DNA from: Haliotis rubra | Lineage: Eukaryota | Assembly: GCF_003918875.1 (NCBI RefSeq) | Contig: NW_025765736.1 | Location: forward strand, 1,364,001-1,428,000 | Direction of reading: 5' to 3' | Length of the DNA stretch: 64,000 nucleotides | Shown here: positions 1 to 12,634 of the stretch, one piece after another | How positions within the stretch are numbered: the first letter of the stretch is position 1 | Layout: each line of letters opens with the position of its first letter | Made by a program: the position numbers and the translations under genes | The notes under the pieces: generated by a model | Told to the model about the DNA's origin: nothing | Seen by the model: the letters and a program-made list of their open reading frames with translations, nothing else | Database searches by the model: none

Positions 1-716
1 TTTAAATGGGCTTGTTTGTTACTATTAAAATTATATATATTCAGAGACTAAGCGTTAGTCTGGTCAAGGATCTGCAATACGCTGTACAAAGCTGCTTTCG
101 TATAAGTACTTGTAGACCAACGCTCAGTCTCTGAATAATTTTGATAGTAGTAATAAACCAATTTCAACTGAAAAGGAACCCAGTGAGATGGGCGATTCAG
201 AACCCGAATCTGAGCATATCTAAGTTTCATTTAGGGCTTTAGCATTGCAGGGAGGGCAAGGCAGTAGGGGAAATAATCTGGTTCAGAGACTTTGAGACAG
301 ACTAGCGTGTCTGAAACATAAAATCAAATCGGATACGGGTTCGAATCTGATTTGCCCTGGCGTTTTGGCCCTCAAGAAAGTAGTAAACATCTGAGAGCGT
401 TATCTCTGAGACTGCACGACTGTTTACAAGGCGTAAAATAATACTTTCATCGGAAATGGTTCATGACATATCTTTAGAATTCTATGATTTTATGAAAATA
501 GCACACTACAACTAATATTTTGAGCTTTTATTCTAAGATTCAAGCGTGCGTGTGATTATATGAGGATTAATATTAAAACAAAAGGAATGGGTCTCACACG
601 CTGTTCTCGCTTTGAGTATCGAATCACGTTCTTCGGCGTGACGGGCTAGCTCCTTGCATGCCTGGCTAAAATGGTTTCCATAGAAACAAGGACAACAAAG
701 ATGTATTTTTTCATAT

Positions 717-749
717 TTTATTGTAATCCTATTGAGGGATTTATCACAG
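717..749 (-). promoter_or_regulatory. Hes copy 1 3' UTR K-box (CTGTGATA) plus AATAAA
   Basis: Plus-strand tatcacag at 742-749 and tttatt at 717-722. Equivalent K-boxes at 7592-7597, 15117-15124, 23369-23376, 32053-32060 and 43176-43183. Confidence 0.7.
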
Positions 750-862
750 TTGTTATGGCAGCACTCAGGGGTCAGACGTTTGGTGGATCGATGAAATGAA
801 TATATATGTATATCAAACTGAATATAGACACATGTACAAAACAAGTCCATTTATGGAAGAGT

Positions 863-2482
863 TCACCAGGGTCTCCATGGTACCTGTTGTTCCGTCTTGA
901 TTTGTTGGGAGTAGGACCACGTGCTCTGAAGCCACGCCCTAACCCTCGAGTCTTTGTTGACCATTTCTGTTGGCACTTTACAGAGTTCTGAATCTGAGAA
1001 GCTGGAGGAGGGATAGTGAGCCGTTCCACGGCTGGACTGTTTGGTTATATCAGGAGAACCAGCATATCCACTGTCTGATAAACTGTTGTCTTCCTTCACA
1101 GGGGAAGTGTCCACTGTCCTACTCATGTACGCATGGGCAGCCGGATGTGGATATTGGGAATTGTAGGAAGGTACTGCACTCAGTCTCTCATAGCAGTTCC
1201 TTGTGTATGACGTCACAGCCTCTGTTGGTGACGTCACGGGTAAGTGCTGAATCTGTGTCATACGTCGAGAGATGTGTTTTCTCAGCTGACGATGTACATT
1301 GTCAGACACACCGGGAAGAGACTGGATGTAGGAGAGGATTTCTTCAGCACATTTGGAGAAGCCATGTTGGAATCTGACTTGAACAGCTTCTTTCACGTGT
1401 TGATGTGTTGTGTTGATCTTCCTGACATTCCTCAGATAATCTACAGTCGTCTCCAGGATCTCAGCCTTCTCCATTTTGTCAAAGTTGGGGTCCTGGCAAC
1501 ATAAGAAAACAATAAGTAACCAAGGCATACTTTAAGTAAAAATATCAGGAATTAAAACGTATTTTAGAATATTATAACCAATAACACACCCGCACTCATA
1601 CGCGCACACTGGAGTAAATATGTATACTATCCCAAGAAAGAAACGCATAGGCATTTTGTATTTTTTTAAATCTATTATTTACCAATTGTGTTCAAACAAT
1701 CGTCAAAATATGTAACGAAAGTGCTGATAACATGATTTTACACAATTGCACAAGTAAAAAATCGACTTTGCCTGAAAATGTTGATTTTGATTTCTTACAA
1801 GAATTAAAAAGGCATCGCCACAACGCAACAGAAATCACCTTCCAGTTGAAATTGTGCAGCAAAGAGCATGCACTGTCTAACTATAAAAATCTAGATTACT
1901 TTCGGAAATCGGCATCCGTTTTGAAGGAGTTTCAAGGTCAAATTGAATGCACAATAATAATAACAACTGAACTAGCATGTAATCATGTTAACTGTTTATT
2001 CTTATACAAGTAAAAAAATATTTTAACTTTTTTATATTTTCAACGGAAGTACTTACGTTTCGTTGTTGATCTCCGCACACGATGTCTTTGATGTCTAACA
2101 GACTCTGGTTTATTCTGGCCCGTCGCCGTTTTTCAGCCATTAGTTTTCGACCCTGGATGATAAAGAGATTGATTAATGATAAATAAAACTTAACATTAGT
2201 TCGCCCCAAATGTACAATGATTATTAGTTTTCAACGCTGAAGATAAATTACATCAGAAAAACAGTTTGCAAGTGAAGACTTGGGAGAGTGGAAACAACAT
2301 CAATTTCACATGAATATGAAATTAGCCACGTGCTTCGGTTGTAAACATGCACTTATAATTTACAATTTGTTAACCGTCGATTTGAAGTTTGCTAAGACAG
2401 GAGTGAATATTTAAGTCAGTCTTACCTTTCTTCGGCCCATGTATTCGCTATCAGATTCCATATTATGATAATAAGATTCCAT
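863..2482 (-). CDS. Hes: Hes/hairy-E(spl) family bHLH-Orange repressor, copy 1 (~260 aa; exons 2426-2482, 2057-2152, 863-1492)
   Basis: Spliced by hand using GT-AG phase-0 introns: MESYYHNMESDSEYMGRRK | GRKLMAEKRRRARINQSLLDIKDIVCGDQQRN | DPNFDKMEKAEILETTVDYLR...FQHGFSKCAEEILSYI (Orange)...WRPW*. The 96-nt middle exon is typical of Hes genes. Confidence 0.95.
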
Positions 2483-2815
2483 GAATGGGATGTGTTCAGT
2501 TCTGAGGGACAAGTTAGTGTGATGGAACGCTGCCTGCCCGACCCGCCTTTATACCCCCGACATTCCCCTACCCACGCTAATCTATGCACAGTTATGTTTT
2601 GACATCTGAATAGCCCGGTGCGATCCGATACACGCAGCCAATCAGCGCACGCCTTGGTAAGTGGTGGCACGCGCCGACTCGCGTTAAACTTCACCCGGAG
2701 ACAGATGTTCTTCTCATGACCCGACAGCGATGATATTCTTCAGGAGCAGAGGCCATCTTGCTTAGCGTGACACGAGGAGTTACGACAAAGAGCACCCGGC
2801 CTGTCAACAATCTGC
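2483..2815 (-). promoter_or_regulatory. Hes copy 1 5' UTR and proximal promoter
   Basis: TATAAA at 2548-2553 (minus), CCAAT at ~2638, TGGCACGCGCC at 2665-2675, Su(H)-like TTCTCATG at 2711-2718, N-box CACGAG at 2771-2776. Near-identical in all six copies. Confidence 0.8.
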
Positions 2816-4170
2816 CTCATTATCATCTTGTATTTCATTCAATGAAAGTTTATTTCCACCTATTTGAAGCGTGACACGAGCTGTGTCGCATTCCGTCGCC
2901 TACCGTTACCTGCACTGAAAATACGTCAAACACTCATGGCCATGTTATATACAAATCATAGTGTTATCTGAATGGCACAACACATACTAATCATTACTCT
3001 AATTGAAAGTAATCATTGCTCAACCTTTTTGTCATTTGGAACAGTATGAATTGTTCAAAAACTGGACGAAATAACAATTTGACATCCTTTTGCGAAATAT
3101 AACTATTGTATAAAAGCTGAGCAACAAGGAAGTTCTTTAATTAATAACTTATTTTGTCATCACGTTTTTAAATTTTCGGAAAGCATCATCGAAGACATTC
3201 TTTGAGCATATTTCGATTTGATAGTTACACAATGTAATGACTTCCTACTTGCTGACATGACACTTGATTATAATATTTATTTGTGATGTGTGTGTGTTAT
3301 GGGGTTTTGGGTTTTGGTTTTGGTTTTCTTTGGGTTTTTTATTGTTGTTGTTTATAGATTATATTTTCACGCTATAAAGTCGACAATAATAAGATTCTAA
3401 ATTAACTCGCGAAGTGTTTCTTTTGTATTCATATTTAACAAAATAGACATGTCCACCTTTTTTGCCTAAAACATGCCTTGATATTTTCACTTACCAATAG
3501 TAACGTTTCATTGTATGAATTATTATAATTGTATAGCAGGTCAAGGTCGGTTTCACGGTTATTCCGAGCTGTTTTACGTGTGATATAAAAGTCGGAAACT
3601 ACAAGAATGTTTGCTGAAGGACTTTCTTGCCAACACAACCATCAAACTGTCTGATGACCTTATCAGCAACATCCAATTATCATATGACAAAAGAGACTCG
3701 TTAGTGTCACAACAAGAACACAATGAGAGTCTTAATAGTCCTCGTTAGTAACACAAGGTTGATGCATAGTAAACGTCCGTCCCTGGCCAACAGGACCGTG
3801 TCAAGACACTTACTATACTCCAGACGGCGCCATGCTCATTATTTTTCCATCTAGCATAAGCTGTTTTTAAACATCACAACTAATAACTTATAAAAACACT
3901 TACACCCAATTAACACACACACACACCTCTTAAAAACACATTTCCTCCTAATGTCCTAGGAAATTAAAGTTTACATTTGAAAATTGGATTTGGGTGAAAA
4001 ATGCAAATATTATCAAAACGTCACTAGATGGAAACAGGCCCCCAAAAACTGTAAGATTATGGTTCATTTGTAAGACAAAATTATAATACTTGTATCTGAT
4101 CGCCCAATAACTATTCCTTGTTTTATGTGGAACTACCGTCACACATATGGGAATAAGGACACACACACAC

Positions 4171-4950
4171 AAATTTTCTTTGGGGTAACCTTTGGGCTTT
4201 TAGAAGAAAAAGAAACCTTAATTTTAAAATTCATAAAAAGTTAGCCAATGTTGATCTTGAGCACTTTATTTCCCCCACTAATAGTTTTAACTCCAGGTTT
4301 ATTGTACAAAGTGTTATGCAGAAATTATTTGATACTTATAGACATGAGTGGAAGGAATCGGTAGGGAATACCTGTGGTCCATCTAAACAGGGGGCAAATA
4401 AGCTACGCTTTTATGGTACTTTTAAGGATGTTTATACCCCAGAACTTTACGTAACTCATCCCATGCCCCGCCCATACAGAAGTGCATATGCTAAGTTCAG
4501 ATCCGGCACTGCACCAATTAATATTGAGCTGGGTAGATACAACAATATTCCACTCAACGACAGAAAATGTTTTTATTGTAAACACTGTGTTGAAGACGAA
4601 GTTCATGTTTTAATTAATTGTCCGGTTTATAGGGATGAACGTTTTAGTCTTTTAAATACTTGTGATAGCCTATGTCAGAATTTTAGTAATCTTACTGATA
4701 TACAAAAAACTGCAATATCTGTTTTATAGCTGCCAAAACCTGCCATGTTGTTTTAAAAAGGAGAAAATCCGTATTATATAACTTTTAATTATTGTTATTC
4801 ATAATACATGTACATGCAATTTTTAAAGAATTTTAGTCTTTCATAATTCCGTATGGAATGGCCCTATGTAAATATATGTTTAATTAGTTTGTATATATGT
4901 ATAACAGGGGTGAGACTTTAATAAATAATCTGTCTGTCTGTCTGTCTGTC
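4171..4950 (+). mobile_element. 5'-truncated non-LTR retrotransposon (RTE-X-like C-terminus)
   Basis: ORF 4316-4729 KLRFY..FK...KFRSG...IELGRY...C-x2-C...EDEVH.LI.CP.Y...R is a LINE ORF2 C-terminal zinc-knuckle region. It ends in AATAAA plus a (CTGT)n tail and is flanked on both sides by (AC)n. Confidence 0.8.
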
Positions 4951-6120
4951 ACACACACACATTACAACAGTACAAAACTGTTCTGATTCATTTTTACTGA
5001 TTCTACGATTGTTAATGTCTCAGATTAATTAATACACTCACGATCTTGTGAACACCCGGTGTCAACACTATGTTAAAAGGATTCATCAACATATGTACAT
5101 GATAAAATCGGAATGGTACAATCGATTCATTTTGTGGAGATTGTGTTTGGTTATTGAACTGACTTTGTTGCTTTCATTTGCATGTACACCGAAATAAAAT
5201 ACATATATTAAAATAAAATAAATATGAGACTTGTTATTATGTCAAAGATACATTCCTGTTCCTATTATTGATGTTAAGCAAATGTTTGTTCAACGAAAAA
5301 CAAGACAAGTGTGATTACCAAACTATATTTCATATTTAGGAAATACCTTTTGAAATAGAACATTGTGTTTTATATTGTTTTGGGTTTTTTATTTAACGTG
5401 ATCAATTCTAATTTATTATTATATATGTATTGACGGTTTGATTTTATTTCACCTGAATATTTGTTTAGTGGAAGTAAAAGTGAAGATGAGTCATATATTC
5501 TGTGTTCGTGTTCAAACAGAAAGAAACCGTAATTGATGAGTGATGATATATACACAAAATTTGTAGGTGTATTTTATCTCGCTCAGGATAATTAAGTATC
5601 CCAAAGACGCTGTTTTTGAAGGAAAATAAAGAATATATATCCAGACTAGGTAACTCTAAATTCTAGACCTTTAATGTTTTTCAATTTCTGAATTAAACGA
5701 ATCCAATCAACAACATTAACATGTAAATACATGCATATGTACATATCAAATCCCATTAAATCGATATGCAGGAAAGGACATATTGGAAAAGCGCCTCGGA
5801 ATCAGTATTGGCTGAGTGATGGTTTAGATTTTCCAAGTGATTTTGCAAATGGGAAAGTGGACAATACGAGATATTTGTAAACATCAGTTTCATAGGCGAC
5901 GCATGAAATTGAGGAAATAGCCACTTCAAAACGCGTTCCTTATGACAGGAAAAAAATATTGTACATCAGTAAACATAACAAACACGTCTATCAGCTGGTT
6001 AGTCCTCCCACGGGCCTTGTTCCGCCAGGGTGACACCTCAATGGAAATTGCAATTATCTACGATTACAGTATTGTATCGGCCCGCATCCCACCGCATGCC
6101 GTCATATTGATTCCGGGTGT

Positions 6121-6210
6121 ATCGCGATGTGACACTTCGCGTCGTCACGCGCTAGTAGCGTCACGTGACATACGGGCACCTGCGGTGATTAGTGTCACAA
6201 CTTCCGGTTA
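6121..6210. promoter_or_regulatory. Conserved distal module A (unit 1)
   Basis: TGTGACAC..GTCACGC..GTCACGTGACATACGGGCACCTGC.GTGATTAGTGTCA; recurs once per Hes unit amid unalignable flanks. Confidence 0.7.
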
Positions 6211-7730
6211 CCCCAGTTCGAGGCGTGCAAGCAGGCGCTCGGTGGACACCCAGCTCAATGAAACCACTATGTCAATATTTACAATATTTGTGGTTCCATT
6301 TGTGTGTGAATTATGAAGGAATCATATTGCTTTCATGGACATTTTCGGGTGGATATTATAGCGCCTTTTTTCTGCCAAGTTTCCCATTACCCACAAGCGA
6401 TTGTGTTTCGGGGGGAAAGAGAGACGAGTTCATATCTTATCATTATTACCTGTATATGGGTATTTATAGAGCGCTATAGTCCATCCCGTTTACATGCATG
6501 CTCAAAGCGCATATATCTATTCATAAATAATGGGTTGTATGCATCCATATGTATTATCTTCCAAGAATTTATATTTTATATGTTTACACGTTTTTATTTT
6601 ATCCTGTATTATCTGAAACTGCGGGAGACATTTAGATCGTATTGTAGCGCCATTAACATTTTATTTTTGTGTGTTTTGTACGAGAACACGTCCCGAGAAC
6701 GTCCGTGCCCCGAACTTCATGAAACTATTTGAAATATGTTATGTAACACAATAGAATGAAATGGCGAAGCACCTGAGCGATAATGGTTCAAGAACAGTCA
6801 TTGTGCTCATGAAGATAATCAAACCTGGGATTGAGTATGAAACACTCTACCTATGCATCCCTGTAGACTAGAGAAAGAAACTATTGGAATCTGTACCCAT
6901 TCGTTATATTTGATTTCGCAGCGACAGGTTCGTGAAATCTAAAAGACCCGGTGCTTTTTATCAACGTTGTTTGAGAAACTGTAACTTGGAATCGAAAGAA
7001 CCATCATACGTAACAGACGATTGCAGAAATAAATTGCGCTAAACTGCCTGGCAAAATGTATCCACTTCCAGTCTTAGAAAACTTATGCTCAGTATTCGTT
7101 TACCAGGATAGCAGTGTAACGAATAATACTGAGCCTAGGTTTACTTAGACTGTATCCACTTTAACACTGAATTTGACAAAACCGAAAATAAATGTTGTTA
7201 GACAAAACAAAATCCGTATGAAATACATCTCCATCTGATAACTATTTCTTGTTTGTGTTACTTTCGCCAAACGTGTGTGTGGTCTTTCTTTTGCTCGACA
7301 ATATTTTGACAAAATGTTTACACATTTGATCCAGCTGAGGTGCTGCAAATATTATACTGTTTTCCGTAGTATGTGTATTTAGTGTGGTATACACCACTTT
7401 CGCAACATGTCCAATCAATCTGTTTAAAATTGCATTATGCAACCGAAATACGGCATTAGCGAAACCAAAGTAAGACGACGACAAACTATCGACGACAGTT
7501 TTATTCCGGTTATCCACTGAATGGACCAAGTCTGCAATAAACTAAACATGAGACGTTTGTAAATAATTCATTTATTTATATATTTATATTCATCACATTG
7601 TGTATTATACCACAGACAATATATATGAATGTTTATATATAGAATAAGCACTGTACGATGCGTGTTTTGAATACTTATACACGTATATAACTGTACACGA
7701 CAAACAAGTCTATGTTATACATGGAGCCGC

Positions 7731-8924
7731 TCACCAGGGCCTCCATGGAACCTGTTGTTCCGTCTTGATTTGTTGGGAGTAAGACCACGTGCTCTGGAGC
7801 CACGCCCTAACTCTCGAGTCATCAAAGTTTTTATGGATTCTGCTTGACTCGATTTTACAAAGTTCTGAATCTGAGAGATTGGAAGGGTGATAGTGTCCAG
7901 TTCTGTGGGTGGACTGTTTGGTTATATCAGGAGAACCAGCATATCCACTGTCTGAGAAACTGTTGTCTTCCTTCACAGGGGAAGTGTCCACTCTCCCGCT
8001 CATGTACGCATGTGCAGCCGGATGTGGATACTGGGAATTGTGGGAAGGTTCTGCACTCAGTCTCTCATAGCAGTTCCTTGTGTATGACGTCGTATCTTCT
8101 GTTGATGACGTCACGGGCACCTGCTGAATGTGTGTCATACGTCGAGAGATGTGTTTTCTCAGCTGACGATGTACATTGTCCGACACTCCCGGCACAGACT
8201 GGATGTAGGAGAGGATTTCTTCAGCACATTTGGAGAAGCCATGTTGGAATCTGGCTTGAACTGCTTCTTTCACGTGTTGATGTGTTGTGTTGATCTTCCT
8301 GACATTCCTCAGATAATCTACAGTCGTCTCCAGAATCTCAGCCTTCTCCATCTTGTCATAGTTGGGATCCTGGAAAATTATAAAATAACATGAAATTAAG
8401 AGATTGAATTGCTAGGTGTAAATTGAATGCACAATGTGACTAAACTAGCAGGTTTATCATGTTAACTGTTTATTCTTATACAAGTAAAAAAATATTTTAA
8501 CTTTTTTTATATTTTCAACGGAAGTACTTACGTTTCGTTGTTGAGCTTCACATACGATGTCTTTGATTTCTGTCAGACTCTGGTTGATTCTGGCTCGTCG
8601 CCGTTTTTCAGCCATTAGTTTTCGACCCTGAAGAAAAACACATCAGAATGTAACGAAAAATTGAAGGTACACACAATGAAAGTTACAGATGTGAAGGTTA
8701 CTGTTATGAAGTTGACAAAGCAGTGACTTTATGCTTCAAAAACGACTCTATTCCCATTTTACCATGAATATTCAAACTAGCCACGTGTCTCAGATGTAAA
8801 CAGGTTCAGGTAATGTACAGGTTGTTAACAGTCTGTATGAAACCTATCACAGAAGACTGCTGCTTACCTTTCTTCGGCCCATATATTCACTCTCTGATTC
8901 CAGGTTGCTGAGATATGATTCCAT
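7731..8924 (-). CDS. Hes: Hes family bHLH-Orange repressor, copy 2 (~263 aa; exons 8868-8924, 8532-8627, 7731-8369)
   Basis: MESYLSNLESESEYMGRRK | GRKLMAEKRRRARINQSLTEIKDIVCEAQQRN | DPNYDKMEKAEILE...WRPW*. Splice sites are canonical and exon lengths are multiples of 3. Confidence 0.95.
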
Positions 8925-9255
8925 GACTGAGGTATGTTCAGCTGTGAGAGACAAGTTAGTGTGATGGAACGCTGCCTCTCCGACCCGCCTTTATACCCCC
9001 CGACATTCCCCTACCCACGCTAATGTATGCACAGTTATGTTTTGACATCTGAATAGCCCGGCGCGATCCGATACACGCAGCCAATCAGCGCACGCCTGGG
9101 TAAGTGGTGGCACGCGCCGGCTCGCGTTAAACTTCACCCGGAGACAGATGTTCTTCTCACGAATCGACAGGGATGATCTTCTCCAGGGGCAGAGGCCATC
9201 ATGTTTGGCGTGACACGAGGAGTTACGTGGCCGAGCACCCGGCCTGTCAACTGTC
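8925..9255 (-). promoter_or_regulatory. Hes copy 2 proximal promoter
   Basis: Same block; TGGCACGCGCC at 9108-9118; consensus CSL/Su(H) site TTCTCACG at 9154-9161. Confidence 0.8.
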
Positions 9256-11126
9256 TAGTGTTTGGTTCAGTCAATTGTTTTAATCCTATTTGGAACGTGG
9301 AACGTGCCCATTCTGTCGTGTGCCGCCGTCAGGAATTTAACAGTGGTTACATGCAAATACAAACACAATACTGGCAAAAACTATTATCAGTTTCTACATG
9401 TTATACAATCAAATATAACGTTAACGTGTCTTAATCAATTTCGCAGCCATTCTTTTCAGTTCTACGACACATAACAATACATTGAACACGTGTTTTTTGT
9501 GATCCGTTTCCACTTTTAATTGTGATTCTTAAATTTCGACATTACATGTACCAGGATCATGTACAGGGCTGTTAACACTGATTAATCCACTGTCGCTGTC
9601 GCCACAAGGATCACGTTGCCGAGTATACGGAACAGTCACCTGTTCTTTAGCTAACAAATGGAATGAACTTTAAACTAACATAATTGTACTAAAACAAGGG
9701 CAAAGTGCAGGCTATTTAATCAACACTTATATGTGTCGCCTCCCTGGAAGTATTAATCTAAAACGATGTAAATATGTACATTATTGTATCATATATATAC
9801 ACGTAATGTATCATTTTGTTAATGTTTTACGCATTGTCTGTGTTTTCACGTAAATTAGGAATTAGTCGAGTTGTATAATGTATTTGTGTATGGTTTATGA
9901 GTCTACTGGAGACACTCGAATTGAATCTTTCTCTTTCAGGCTTTATTATGGGACACACTAGCTAATATATAAAGTCTTCTTTAAAAACGATACATGTTTA
10001 CAGGAAACATCCTCAGTTTTAAAATATAAAGTTCCTCAGTACGTAATTGATACGAATATCATGATTTTTATGATTAAATGCATTGTGACTTAGTGGTGAA
10101 TAAATATTATTTCCTCCAGAAAACAAAAGACTGTATACAGTCTCTGTCATGAAATCTGTGAACACGTGATGTTGTTTCGGTTGAAGATATACTCTCTCTG
10201 ATTCAATTTTGTTTCATGTTAATCATCCTCAGGTCTTCTACCTAAAGTACTAGTATCTGTACTTTACCGAAAAAGTGTAATCCCAAATATAACACGTGTT
10301 ACATCTTGAGATTATCCACGTGTTGACCTGTTAATCTGCATTAATCCACTGTGGCTGTCGCCATGAAGATGAGGTCGTCAGACACGTTTATATTATTTGT
10401 AAATCTGACTAATATCTGAAATCTACTTGACTCAAGACGCGCTTTTAATAAAAGTTTAATCTGTGTATATTGGAACAAACGTCGTTACATTATTGTTTCA
10501 GTGGGGAGGGTACCGTCCATCATTAGCATAATTCTGTACATGAGATAAGTAGCCAGACAACTTTATTGTTTGGAAATCGACTGACTAACATATGAAGATG
10601 AGAAGGGAGAAACAGTGGTGAGTCAGGGCTGTTACTCACCTCCGTGTCAATTAATATAAGTGTGTGTATTTCTCATTAGGACACATATCACACACAGAAA
10701 CCTTTCCAGTATTTCACCATTGTGAAATGGTGCGTCATTCTTCACTCAGACGTCGGGCCAGACACGGTTTGGATACCGATTATGTGTCAAATAATGATTC
10801 CTATAATCACAGTCTGGTAATTAACCATCTACTCAATATGGTCATCAGTGCCAGGACTTTCACTTAATGTGTCATTATTAGACTGGACGCGTGTCCTCAA
10901 TGGAAGCATTCCAGTTAAAATGTATTGTTTTTCAGTGAGTAAATATATGTGTGGGGCGCTCAGTAGTCGAATAAGACATATGATGTACTCGATAAATCAA
11001 AAACATATTAAAAGCACTTCAGGCGACAAGCATACTGAATTTATCACGACAGTACTTACACACGAGTACAGATGTACACGTGTTTCATGCAATTGTGTGC
11101 TTAATCGTAATGTCAGTTTCTTTTTG

Positions 11127-11710
11127 TAGACACGTGGTGAGACAACAAATATTTTGTCCGTGATGAAGGGAAACAGTTTCCACGCAGTAATATGACTCCA
11201 AACTGATTCTTAAACAAAAGCGTTCACAGATATATCCTGCATTTTGTTGTAACCTGTTCAATTGTTATCTTAAAATAATTTATTCTTTACTCTGTGCCTT
11301 AAAACGAGTACTTACAAGCTTAAGTATTTAATACTCATATTTAATGTTCATAATACTGTACTGTCGTCGTTTGTGATTGTTATAGGTGCTTGATATGAAC
11401 TACTATTTTCAGGAACAGACAGTTAGCTGTCAACTATTCACATGTTTCATGCCATCGTATACTTCACCATAATATTTGGTTCTCTTTGTTTTGGAGACAC
11501 ACGGTGAGACACAACAATTTTTTCTGTCCGTGATAAAGGAAAACAGTTTCCACACAAATCGTTTCTTAAACACCAGCTTTCACAGATATATCGCAATCAC
11601 CGCCTGTATTTTGTTGTAACTTTCTTAATCGTGTTATCCTAAACTATTTTATACTATACTTTGTGCTTTAAAACCAAAATTTACAACCTGCTACTATTCA
11701 CATTTAATGC
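11127..11710. repeat. Local ~200-bp direct duplication
   Basis: 11127-11350 and 11495-11710 share GGTGAGACA..TGTCCGTGAT..AAACAGTTTCCAC..TTCACAGATATATC. Confidence 0.65.
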
Positions 11711-12382
11711 TCATTCTATTCTACTTTAATTATTCAATACCAAATTATTGTATTTTGGGCCAGTGACTTTTATATTGAATAAAACTGCCCGTCTGTCCTG
11801 TTTATTCATGTTAACATTACCTTGGAATAACCCTAAATAAATAAATATTCACTTGAAATATGTGTGAAGATCCGGGTTTGAATTGACCATAAGCAACCCG
11901 GCAATGTCTTTAGAGTCAACTGACATGATTGGGTGGTCAGCCTCGCTGTCTTGGTTGATGCATGTCAAGCTCCTGGTGACAGTCACCGGAGTGTCTATTC
12001 CAGACTGTGTTGATCACAAACCAGTCGTACAGCTGGCATATTGCGGGCTGCGGCGTAAAACAATAACCGGCAAACACAGATTATATATAGAGAGAATGAA
12101 CGGCATGAGTAGTACAGATATGGGTTCATTTTAAAATCAATCAAATTAATAACTTGTATTGATACATATTCGACATTCACGCTTAAGAAAAAAAACTGTT
12201 ATGGTAACATTTCCTAAAAAATCTATCATCAGTGATAAAATACATATATGTTGTTTTTTTGTATCAAAAATACAATACATTATCTAATATTTCAAAATAT
12301 TATGAAATACATATTTTTGCGTAGTCACAAATGCACCAATTTTAACATTACAACGTTACAAGTCTTACAGTTCCATTCAGCT

Positions 12383-12577
12383 TAGTCTCTCGTACAGACC
12401 CTGAAGCAAATATATCCAAGAAAGCCCACACAAGTCTAGAAAATGTGGCAAGTCTAGATTTCCTCAGCTTCTGAACATGAAGAAAGTCTCAGGGCTCCTT
12501 TTCATTATATATTTTTTTTTTTACTATGAACTTTTTTCAGTAAAATATGTTCATTTCAGAGACTAGTTGTTAGTCTA
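12383..12577. mobile_element. MITE family 2 (TAGTCT...TAGTCTA, 9-bp TSD)
   Basis: TSD CATTCAGCT at 12374-12382 and 12578-12586. Other copies at ~21940-22113, 29652-29819, 31273-31462 (TSD GTCTAGATG/GCCTAGATG) and 35173-35369. Confidence 0.85.
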
Positions 12578-12634
12578 CATTCAGCTCTCCAACTGGCTCA
12601 TACAGTGTTCAACATAAAGTGTGATTATTCTCAA

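Noticed and set aside
970-1504. Plus-strand ORFs antisense to Hes exon 3, recurring in every copy
   Set aside because: By-product of the conserved sense frame; starts and lengths vary between copies and there is no recognisable domain.
863-1528. ORF-track N-terminus MPWLLIVFLCCQ as a signal peptide
   Set aside because: It is intron 2 polypyrimidine tract upstream of the AG acceptor at 1493-1495.
2561-2600. Su(H) paired site next to the TATA box
   Set aside because: CGTGGGTA and GGGGAAT are same-strand mismatched half-sites with no inverted partner 15-17 bp away.
5942-6732. Plus-strand ORFs over module A (also 13847-14191 and 22436-22693)
   Set aside because: Frames and lengths are not conserved between copies; conservation follows TF-like motifs, not codons.
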